A stretch of 64,000 nucleotides of DNA from Bugula neritina (Eukaryota > Animalia > Bryozoa), in NCBI GenBank assembly GCA_964035545.1, contig OZ037766.1:31052773-31116772 (forward strand), given 5' to 3'. The position numbers and the translations under genes were made by a program. Numbering within the stretch: the first letter of the stretch is position 1; every line of letters starts with the position of its first letter. Below, one piece after another: positions 25,001 to 37,000 of the stretch. A model generated the notes under the pieces. The model worked only from the letters and a program-made list of their open reading frames with translations. It was not told where the DNA came from and made no database searches.

Positions 25001-28000
25001 TTGGAGTTGCCCTATTTTATAAAACAAGTATTGCTAAATAGTCATACTGCTACTTTTCAATAGTTGTTCGAATGTGTTTGTAATTTCTAGCTCTGACATT
25101 CGACGGCTCCATGAGAGTACTGAATAAGGAGTTTGAAGTAGCTCTACAAAATCTCAGTAGCCCACAATCTATAACCCTGGCAAATGACTTTTGTGGCACG
25201 GTATGTTATCCACTCTAACCTAATGTAAATGTAAACCTTGACCTTGCTTAGAGTGCTTATACTGCATAGCTGTGGCTTCTCTCTTTCAGATGAAGAATGT
25301 CTTCACACTGAATGCCTCCAACAATGACTTCACATATGACAACTGCAGTGTGACCAAGTTCATGTGAGTCACAACTCCTACTTTCTGTGTGTCTGCTGCA
25401 GCCTTTCTATGTTGATAACATCATCAGTACAGTTTTGTCTTTTGCTGGCATAATTCCTGCTATTCAAACGCTATGCTAGGTTGGTGGGAGCTTTGGTTAC
25501 TAGTATTGATTGTAGGCGCTATTTCGTGTGGGTTGAAGAGCTTTTATATCCACTGATTTTCTTATAATCATAGCCCAACTTCTTTAGTCGGGGAGAAAAT
25601 TTAGGCATCAGAAAAACACAAAAAGCCTAAATTTTTCTTACCAATTGTAAATAACTTTTATATAGTTTTGGGTTACAGCTTTTGCAATCTAGGTTTTGGA
25701 CAATTGCTTGTCAAAGAGACTCTTTTCAAATCTCCGCAATTTTGAGCCGTTGCAATCTTAAAGCTACCTGAGTGGATAAAAATGTGTGTTGTCATAAAAT
25801 TTAAAGCTTCACCTGTCTTCGATATTATATTTTTTTCTAAAATTCGTTATGATTGGGAGGTTTCATGCTGATTGGCTGCGAACTCTTAATACGATTAGCA
25901 CCAAACTCGCAATGACTGCTTTTCATCACCACGTAAATTCGCTAGAACCATCTCTGGGTGAGTATTTCTAGCTCTTTTGATCACTTCTACTCTTTGTGAA
26001 TGTGTAAATGTTGCTAGTAACTTCTTAGTGCAGTAGTTGGCTGTAGCCAGAGTCAATGTTTTAGTTATTACTTGTATTTAAACTCAGTCTAGATTCTCAC
26101 AGTTGTGTGCTGTTGTTTTTTTAGAAATGGCAGTGTGATAATAAAGTTTGAACTGTTGCTGTTGACTTCAGGGTTGCCTTCTACAAACTATAGTGATCCG
26201 ATGGACATTATAACTATGGGACACTTTTGCCGCACTAATGTGAAGGACAATTCTTCTTGCTTGTTTTATTATTCAGATTTTGAGCTAACCCTTTTCAACA
26301 CTTCATATGTCACATCATATAACAAATCTACTTTCCCAGCTTTGGTATCATCCAGCATGTCTCCCATTGCACCTCTCTTTTCACTGAATGCTTCAACTTC
26401 AACGCCAGCTCCATCTGCCCCTTCAGCTCCCTCAAGCACTTCTGTCAAATCCCATTTGATCAGCTCAATAGAACGAGTGACTATCACTCCAAAACATTCT
26501 AAAGCTTCTACTGAAAAATCTACCAATGTTCTCTCTACAAGGAAACAGTCAATTAATTCTTCATTTAAGTCTCCCAGTGAGCCAGTCAGCTTTTCAAGTT
26601 TGAATTTTCCAGTTACATCACCTAGCCTAAATTCAATTAAACCATCAACCTTCTCTGCCGTCTTATCCTCTCAGTCACTGTCAACTATGACACCTCCTAC
26701 ATTTCCACTGTCCTCACCTATACCTGTGTCCATGTCACACCCAAAATTTTCATTTGCTTCTGTTTTTCCTAAAACAACACCAAAACCAGTTGATTTACAT
26801 ATTTCATTTCCTACTCACCAAGCATCATCCCCCCACGATTTAGCATCATCTACCACAACACCACCCACTGCGAAATCCAAGACCGCTGATGCTGCCTTTT
26901 CAGTATCAACAAATTTGAAACACCTCAAACCAACGCCTAGTGTATCACTCACAACAAAACCACCTGCCAAACCAATTGATCGGCTTACCATCAGAATTTC
27001 CAGCCCTACACAAAAGCCAATTCAGTCTGGCAAATCAGTTGTTTTTCCGTCCACCAAATCTTCAAACTCTAAAGATAAGAACTATAATTATAAAACTGGA
27101 ATTGATCATTGGCCAATTGCTACTCCTCCATGGAAACGATATGACTCATATTTTCATTAATTAGCTTGACCAAATCTCACCATATATGACATTAATATAT
27201 ATTTTACTTTGTGCTTACTGTTCAGGTATTTTGTGACAATTTAGTAGATTTATTCAGTTTTAATATCTGTTTAGAAAATTATTAGTTTTTTTGTGTTTTT
27301 AAATTAACAATTTAAAATGTTTTTTTTTTGATTATTGTGATACTTATCAAGATAATTACCTTCTGTTGATCACTCAACAACTGTTTTTGTTTTTATATTA
27401 ATAAACTCTCAACACTCAACCATTGCTTCTTGTCTTGCTGCTGGGAACTGGCTTACATGTTGTGCTGGATGTTACACTGTTTGTATTCTACTAAACTTCC
27501 TAAATTGCTTTCTAACTAGCAAGGGAGCGGATGAATTCCTCGCTGTAATATAATTAAAAGAAAACAACTAAATTATGCAGGTAAGATTATCGCTGCAGTT
27601 TATGTTGGTCGTGTAAAATTACTTGTAATAATTTGGTTAAGCTCCCATTATTTCAAGCCCCTATTTTACTTGCTGTTTTGTAGGGAGGGCAGTATTGTCA
27701 TAGATTTCAACTTGAACATCATTGCCAGAGTGAAGGGAGCAAGTACATCTAACTCTGTTGGAATAGGTGCTGTTGATAAGGTAGATCAAGCCAGAAAAGT
27801 TAATCAAATAAAGCAATTTACCAACAAAGAGTGGGCAAAACCGAATCCCGGTGGCGAGAGCTGGGTGGTTGATAACGTGAGACTGGAGTTGAACACGACT
27901 GAAAGTGATAATGAGCAGCACATTGACAAGTCACTGAATGTAACTGAGTTACCAACTTCTAAAAAACTGAAGCTAACCGTTACTCCTGCACCAACTACAA

Positions 28001-31000
28001 ACCCTACCACTACTACTGTTTCAACTACCACTACCCCTATGCCTACTACCACTACTAGAGTTCCCTCTACAACAACATCAACTAAAGCCACTGTCAGCTC
28101 AACTACTATGGTGGCTACCACCCGTAGATCAACGACAACAACTACGTTCTTTACTACAACGACTGAATTGCAAACCACAACAACTTTATCGCCTGCCACA
28201 ACAACTGCATTGCCAACTACGACAACCATGTCACCAGCCACAACACCAACCACAACACCAAATACAACGCCAACCACAACACTAACCACAACAACTGCAT
28301 TGCCAACCACAACAACTGCATTATCAAGCAGGCCTCCATCAAGATCAGCTTCCACAGCAGTGCCAGACAGTGATTCTGTTGCATCAGAAGAAGTGAACAC
28401 TGAAGGTGTTATTCCATTTACTTCTTCCAGGGCAACAGCTAGCACATCAGTAGCCACACCTAAACCAGTAACTCAAAGCCTTACTACTTCAAGCAACGGT
28501 AGTTCTGAATGCTTTATACATTTCTTAACGGAAAATTGTAACACTGCTTATTATCAATGTGGCACCACTAACGACCAAATACTATGCAGGAAGGGTATGG
28601 CATTGACATTAGAACTCACTCCATTTCCTTGGAACGATTCAGCCTGTACTATTCCAATAAACATATCTGCAGATAGCTCGACTTCTCTGAACGACAGTTG
28701 TCCTATTGAACGACAGTTTTTGCGTTACAATTGCCCTAGTCTCTTACAGATGGCGACACTACCTATGAACAACCTCGACTACATACCAGATTGTTGCCCA
28801 GTTGACTATATATTTGACAAGAATAGTAATACTTGCGAAGAGTGCATAGATTGTAGCTCAGCTGAATCTGAAGATGATACTGCATAGAAAGTGTCGTATA
28901 TTTCTTGTGTAGAAATCTTCAATCTAACTTGTTGAACTGGTAGAATATTTATTCAATATTAAGTTGCCCATTTTTGAAATGTTAAATTTCTGACTTCAGA
29001 TTTCTATATTTATCAAAGTTAGAGGTTTTCATTATCATACAAATAACATACTGTATAATCATATTTTTAATCCGTCCTTCAAAACTACTTATCTTCTCAT
29101 CATGCTAACATTTATTTATGGTGACAGAATATTTTGTTAATGTTATGGTGAAAGTCACATATTTATATAACATATTTTGCGCATGATACATATCGATATA
29201 ATGCAATTGTTGGTAATGGTAACATGTAATTGCGTTAGGCATTCAGTATTTAGCCTTTACTCTTTATTTTTCACAATAATTTATCATGGTTATCTCAAGT
29301 GTGTTATTATTAAAAATTTTCTCCCTTTAAAATCGTAAAAACATCGCACAATTTATGACATAAGGTAGCTTATATTTATTATAGCATTCCAAATAATTCA
29401 ATATTAGCAAATACATAGAGTTTACACTTCTTAATATTGCATTTGTTAGTCAGGTAGATTTTCTATGTTCTGTTCAACTATATTTGTAAAATTAACACAC
29501 TTTGTAAGAACGCATAACAACACTTAAGCTAGTATTTTTAGCTTATTTTTTGTTATTAAAGAAACGTAAATTTTTATGGTGATTTTTAAAGCATCTTTGC
29601 TGAAATTTTTAATTTATTCTTTATGTGTAATAATACCTTGAAAACATATTTTATAGCGCAATAAATTGATGAGTGTTTAAATGTAATTGTGTCATGTTTT
29701 GTGAATAATTTTTTTCCAAGTTTTGAAAATTCGGCGGTAATATCTTCACCAACTGTGTTTATCAACACATATCACTTTCTAGGAACGAGCGTTATGCCTA
29801 TTTGGTGGCTACGTAAGATTCATAAGCAGAAAATATAAAATAAACAAAAAGCAAAAGTACATCGTATATTTTTACAATTAATTTCTTATTTACTTCATCA
29901 TATATTGGCATACCAAGCTCCCAACCTAGCTTAGCATATCTGCGAAATCATACATCTTTTGTATTAAATGTTGATGACTGTATATGTGGAATGCGGTGTA
30001 TCATGTAGAAATGGCAGCATCGTGATAGAATTCAGGTTAGAGTTTATGGCAGCACCCAACACTTCTCTATCCACTGAGTGCGAGTCAGGTGCCGACAACT
30101 GCACCGACAGTTGGACAGAAGAGAGTGTAACAAATCATTTGAAAACACATTTTGGTAAGTGGCAGCAATAGACCATGTAAAACTCAGCCAATCAGCGAAG
30201 TGTACCAGGTCAATGTCTTACCATTGTAACTGATATAAAATTCTGCAAGTTCAATTGCAAAATGCATGCTTCTAAAAGCTAGTTGTGCAACTTTTTTTTT
30301 CATGCATTATTTAATTTCATATCTTAAATTGATGACTCTTGAAATGATTTTTTAAAATGTCTAAATTAAGTATTTATAAAACGCAATTAAAAATTGCATG
30401 TCTAGAAAAATGACCTGGTACACTTTTGCAACTTAAGGCCAATTATTACATAAGGGTCATTTTACTTAATTTAGTACACACTCGAAATCTTCAGTTTTTA
30501 GCTATTTTTCACAATTTAGCTGGTAATGAGCATGGTTTTTTGGCCAAAACTAGTTAAGCACCAATAAATACACCTAAATAATCGAAGTTCTTTTTAATTT
30601 TGTTTCATTTCCCACGTTTTTCCCTAATTATTCAGCTAGTTTTGGTTACGGACCGTTACGGTTTTTTCGTAACGTCCGTGCATATAGAATATTAAGTGCA
30701 TATGACAATGACCTGTGCTTTAATGTTGGGGAATCCCCTCCCAGCCTTTGCTGTTATGCGTAATTAAAACCAGCACATAAAAATACCATGTATAGTAAAT
30801 TTCAATGGATTTGGAGCAAACTTTAATGTTAGGTCATAATTTGCTGGTGTGTACTAAATGAAGTAAACTGACCCATAACTGCCAGCTTAGTAGTTATTTG
30901 TTGTTGCAGCTTGAATGGGTTATTGTTTAGCATTGGAAGCTTGCAGTAAACATCTGTGAATTTGGTACATGACTTTGATTGGCTGGTTTTTGAATGGCCC

Positions 31001-34000
31001 TTTAGTATATGCATCTGGATGGCTGGGTAGTGTAGACCCGCCTACATCTAGCTAATGTACAGTAGCCAATCCACAGTAGTATTACGAAATTTCTGTTTAA
31101 CAAATGAAATATTCTGGTCATTTGTTTTGTACTTTACAATAGTAAATATTCTATTCAACTAGAATTTTATTGTATGTAAGCCATGGGAACTACTAAGAGG
31201 TTAAATCAACCACCCATGCTGGTAATATTGTAGCTCACAGTCATAGCAAGTCCACACCATATAAATATACACATAAGCTATTATGTGCAGCTTATGAATG
31301 CTGAAATGACCCAATTTCTTACTTTCAATTTGAAAAAAATTGTATTACATATTCTGCCACTTCTGCACCAGGAACTTGTTTTCCTTTTAAATTTTGAAAA
31401 TAGTAGTCAGTTTCTATAGCAGTCAACATCCACAATAAACAACGTAAGCTTTCAAATAAACTATTAATATATGAAATATTAGTGTGGAAACAATGTAATT
31501 TATTCATTGCTATGATGAAAAATTACAAGAATATTATATAAAAGCTAGATATAGATTTCTAGTAAAATGGCACAGGTAAAAATAACACATTTTTACTTCA
31601 AATTCTAAATTTCATCAGTCACCAATGGTGGCTGTAGATTACAGAGAGCACAGCAGACTATCACAATCTTGTCTAATAGAGGTGCCAACACCAAGTTCAC
31701 ACCTCCAGGACCATTTAAAATATTGAACTCCTTTATTCTTTTGATTGCTCTTTCGACATGGATTCGAAGGTTAGCAATCAACTTTGTTTGCAGTAACTGC
31801 ATTTTAGTCATTTGCAAATGGCCTCTTTTCCCAGGTGGTATGGCCAACTTGGCTCCAGCGCCTATAAGTTCTTCTTCAATAAGAAAGCCTCTATCTGCCA
31901 TGACCACATCATCTGGGTTTATGAAGTCTAAGAACCCAGAGTCATTAACTACACACTTGTCTGAGGCTCTACCTCCCATTCCATGCGAAATAAAGCAGAT
32001 AGTGCCCCTGGGTGTAATTGCAACCAAATACTTAATGGTGTTGATATTTTTATACTTACTCCATGTTAAATATTGAGCCAGCTTTGATTGAGGTTTGCAA
32101 ATGAATATTTCTGTGTAGTCTATAATGCACCTAATGTTAGCATATTGGCTTTGAAAGCTCAGAGGGATGTTCTTGTTGGAAAAACTAATAGATTGTTCAG
32201 TTCTCTTGCTAAAATATCTAATGTGTTTTTGAAGGTTTTGCTTGCTAGCAATCTAGAGATATAAAAAAGGCCAGCAAGTATTTGAAACTGTAAACCTTGA
32301 CGCAGCTTCATCAAAGCCAATAAAAGTTTATCTTGTCTTGTTAACTTTTTTCTGAGAGTGAGAACTTTCATCTTCAGACATATAAATCTAAATATAGTAA
32401 ATAAAGAATGAAAATTAAATTATGATTCAAATTATATGTATGTGCTAAATAAATTTTGTGCTTAGTTTGTATTCATTCAGCAGTTTTTACCCTCTGGTAA
32501 GTAGCTTCAGTTATATTTGCAACAACTATGAAGTTCAAGAACTGCTAGCTGAAGGCTTGACCCAATATATCACCATCCAAACAGAATGTAATGTGTGTCA
32601 ACATGTGTTACGTAATGCTGTAACAGTACATAATAAGCTAGTTGTATGAATACATGCTTTGAATGAAGTCATGAGTTTAAACAAATAGTGTTGACCAACA
32701 ATTATTACTTCATTTTATAATTATACTATAACTAATTCAAACCCATATTATTTCTAGAATAGCATTTAATAATGTTTGTGAATGAGTGAAACTAGTAACA
32801 AGTGTAAACCATTTTAGTTTTAAACACTGAGTTAGTTTCAGCTAAAAATTAGATTAGGAGGCCACTTTTGATAAGCTTTAAAATAACCAAGGAAAATTTA
32901 AGTCAAAACAATTTACTTTTTCTGGAGAAAGTGAGTCAATTTGTCCACAAATAAAAGACTGCTGCTTGTTTAAATAAAACCCTAAACTAAATAAGTCGAA
33001 GCATACAGATGACCACTGTGGTATTTATGAATATCTTACATAAAACAACATCTTTAATAAAAAATGTATGAATGATGCACTCACACTGCAACAAATTTAA
33101 TTAAAATGACAGTTTTACTACACATCAAATTTAATCAATGTAGAAATTTTAGCATAGTGAAACTTGCATTGTTTATTTGTAATAAACCATAGTCTATCTT
33201 TGCAATAAGAAAATCATAATTTTTACCTTGCTAAAAAATAGTATAGAGAACGTGTAGGTATTCCAGTATAGAATTTAGTTTGCTCATCTGTAGTGGTGAA
33301 AGTTTTAAAAACTTACTTTTTCAATAGTTGCTTTTTGTTTAAAGGTGGAACTTTTTGAGCCTTTTCTTCCAACTTTTGATTTTCGTCTATCAATAGAATG
33401 TGCAGATCTTTTTTTTGAGTAGTTGATGGTTCTGGTAACTCAGTTACTTCTGATGAAGTCTGACTATGAGGATGGCTGTCAGATGAGTTCTGTTGCTCTA
33501 TATCAGCTGACTCTGTTGAAGACGTTTTTGTTCGCTTCCTTCACATGTTTCATTAAAACCACTGTTTTTTGTGCGTCTTACATTATATGTTTTAGTGCGT
33601 TAGTAACCCAAATGAAAGATTGGAGTTGGATTTTGCTCAGTGGGCTGACCATCCTTATGATTATGATAGTCTGCTATGCTCTCTGTAATCTACAGCCACC
33701 ATTGGTGACTGATGAAATTTAGAATTTGAAGTAAAAATGTGTTATTTTTACCTGTGCCAATTTATAGAAATCTATATCTAGCTTTTATATAATATTCTTG
33801 TAATTTTTCATCATAGCAAGAACTAAATTACATTGTTTCCACACTAATATTTCATATATTTATAGTTTATTTGAAAGCTTACGTTGTTTATTGTGGATGC
33901 AGTTGACTGCTGCAGAAACTGACTACTATTTTCAAATTTTAAAAGGAAAACAAATTCTTGGTGCAGAAGTGGCAGAATATGTAATACAATTTTTTTCAAA

Positions 34001-37000
34001 TTGAAAGTAAGAAATTGGGTCATTTCAGCATTCATAAGCTGCACATAATAGCTTATGTGTATATTTATATGGTGTGGACTTGCTATGACTGTGAGCAACA
34101 ATATTACTAGCATGGGTGGTTGATTTAACCTCTTAGTAGTTCCCATGGCTTACATACAATAAAATTCTAGTTGAATAGAATATTTACTATTGTAGAGTAC
34201 AAAACAAATGACTAGAATATTTCATTTGTTAAACAGAAATTTTGTAATACTACTGTGGATTGGCTACTGTACATTATCTAGATGTAGGCGGGTCTACACT
34301 ACCCAGCCATTCAGATGCATATACTAAAGGGCCATTCAAAAACCAGCCAATCAAAGTCATGTACCAAATTCACAGATGTTTACTGCAAGCTTCCAAAGCT
34401 AAACAATAACCCATTCAAGCTGCAACAACAAATAACTACTAAGCTGGCAGTTATGTAATAATTGGCCTTAAGTTGCAAAAGTGTACCAGGTCATTTTTCT
34501 AGACATGAAATTTTTAATTGCGTTTTTATAAACACTTAATTTAGACATTTTAAAAAATCATTTCAAGAGTCATCAATTTAAGATATGAAATTAAATAATG
34601 CATGAAAAAAAAGTTGCACAACTAGCTTTTAGAAGCATGCATTTTGCAATTGAACTTGCAGAATTTTATATCAGTTACAATGGTAAGACATCGACCTGGT
34701 ACACTTCGCTGATTGGCTGAGTTTTACATGGTCTATTGGAGTAATAGTAGCAGTTTTGTGAAAGAATGTGTGTATGCGTGTTCGAACATATGTATTTGGT
34801 GTGTGTACACACACACACACACACAATATGTTATCTAGATAAATTATATAACTTGTGATTAGTGTTGGGAAAGTTTCAAAAGTCTGTCAGCTGTAATAAT
34901 TCTATAGGAGCTCATGTTGTCAACTTGATAATTAGTTTGTCTGTTAACTTTGCAGAGAAAGAGTCTCTTAAGGATGGAAACAACCTAACCTTTGAGAAGG
35001 CGAGTCTGAGTGTAGAGAGAAAGAGTCCTGGGAGAGCACCGACTAAGCCGTCTGTAACCACCAACTCTTCCGTGCCTACAGTAACAGATAGAGCTAATAC
35101 TACTACCACTACAGTAGCCACTACAGTAGCTACTACATCTACTCAGTCCGTTACCACAACACTTACCACACCTTCAACAACTACCTCTAATGCACCATCT
35201 ACCACTACTACTTTATTAGAAACCACAGAAAAACCCACTGGTACGGAAAATATAGCATTCTTGAGTTTTTGTACTGTGCAATGTGATTTCCTTGCTTAGT
35301 GTTTTTTGTACAGATTTATGAAGGAGGTTTAATCACACAGCTAAGTCACCAAATCTATAGCATCCAGATATTAATATTTTATTGTCAATTCTGTCACAAT
35401 TTCATTAACGAGTGTGTACACCTTGATGAGAGTTATCGGTTATTTTGCATTTTTATAAAGGCTAGTGGTGATAAAACCTCTTTTTTCTTAGTTTTATCAA
35501 GTTAAACACAAAAACATGTGATTGGGTTTTGCTAAGCTTCCTGTTGCCATGTAAGCTGTAGGTTTAATTTTGATTTAGTAAGTAGTAGGTAACATATTCT
35601 GTTCAGGTACATATTGAACAGGATAGAAAAAAGTGGTTGGAAATTGAAAGCTGATGGCAAATTTTGTTTGCTTATTAGTCATTGGCCAGTTTAATATTAC
35701 TACCATAGACTAGTGAAGTTACCATATATTTGAAGTTGCAGGGCTGGCCCTCTTCATACCCTCAATCAACAAGTTTGTAGCTTCAATGGAACTCTATGCT
35801 ATAGCTTCTACCTTTTGCTCTGAAGCGGTTTTCAATTTGCTGTCAGCTAAATTTATCACAGTTGTATTTCAGTAGTTGAATTCTCAACTTGTTGCAGCTA
35901 ATTCTGTGATGCTTCTAATCAACATTTCAGTTACTACCAGGGAGATCTCCATGAGCAGTTCAGCACAGACTCTGACTGACACTCACTCATCCACTCTGAA
36001 CTCTGTCACTTCTACTACTATGACCTCTACTTCTACCTCACCTGTCTTTAACAGTTTTGGTACCACTGGTGGTACTACTAGTGGTGGTACTACTGCTACT
36101 ACCACTGTAGATCTCACTACTCATTATCCTGCCAGTCCTACTCCCACTACTATCAGTGCAACCACTACTACCTCTACTCTCAGTCCGACTACTATTCCCA
36201 CTACTGCTCCCACTACTAGTACCGCTACTACTACTCCCACTACTAGTACCGCTACTACTACTCCCACTACTAGTACCGCTACTACTACTCCCACTACTAG
36301 TACCGCTACTACTACTCCCACTACTAGTACTACTACTATTCCCGACACTACTGCTACTACAACTACCACTACTCCCACTTATACTCTCTCTACTACTACT
36401 AGTACTACTACAACTACTACTACTGTTGCTACTACTACTCCCACTACTACTACTACTACCACTACTACTCCCACTACTACTACTACTCCCACTACTCCCA
36501 CTACTACTCCCACTACTACTCCCACTACTACTACTACTCCCACTACTACTACTCCCACTACTACTACTACTACTCCTACTACTACCACTACTCCCACTAC
36601 TACCACTCCTATGACCACCACTACTACTACTACTCCCACAACTACTTCTACTACTACCAGTGCTCCTGCTACTACTACACTAACAGGTTAGAAAGAGCTG
36701 TTTTATTTTTCTGCTGGTGTGGGGTCATGGTTGAGGGTGCTCTTCCTTATCTGGTATCAGAGCGGTACCGTCTACTGTACGGCTCTCTTACCATTGCATA
36801 CCTCCATTTCATTATTTCATAGAGGTTTGGTTTGTTTCCAAATAACCTTTGGTTTAGAGGGGAAAATTGCATGATTTTGCCTTGGCCTGGACTCCAATCA
36901 CAACTAAGTGAATAGTGTTCAATAAGTGAGTAATTTACAGACTGGCTTTACATCGGTATCTTCTTGAGCTATCACCCAACCTTCAACTATTCTTTCCCGT

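Larger units (their letters stand above)
30170..34734 (-). mobile_element. ISL2EU-like (PIF/Harbinger-related) DNA transposon, rearranged and non-autonomous, with about 1.07-kb inverted arms
   Basis: Termini AGACC...GGTCT flanked by an AT duplication (30168-30169, 34735-34736; inferred empty site caATtg). Left arm 30170-~31663 (including the nested MITE) is the reverse complement of ~33664-34734. Contains DDE_Tnp_4-type transposase remnants. Confidence 0.85.

Noticed and set aside
25440-27586. Additional complementarity between 25440-25455 and 27571-27586
   Set aside because: AU/GU-rich and would cross the main docking-selector stem as a pseudoknot; not distinguishable from chance without conservation data.
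33423-33722. ORF ending LCNLQPPLVTDEI as a second transposase gene
   Set aside because: Only the last ~19 codons are transposase, copied by the inverted duplication; the rest is antisense to the pseudogene.
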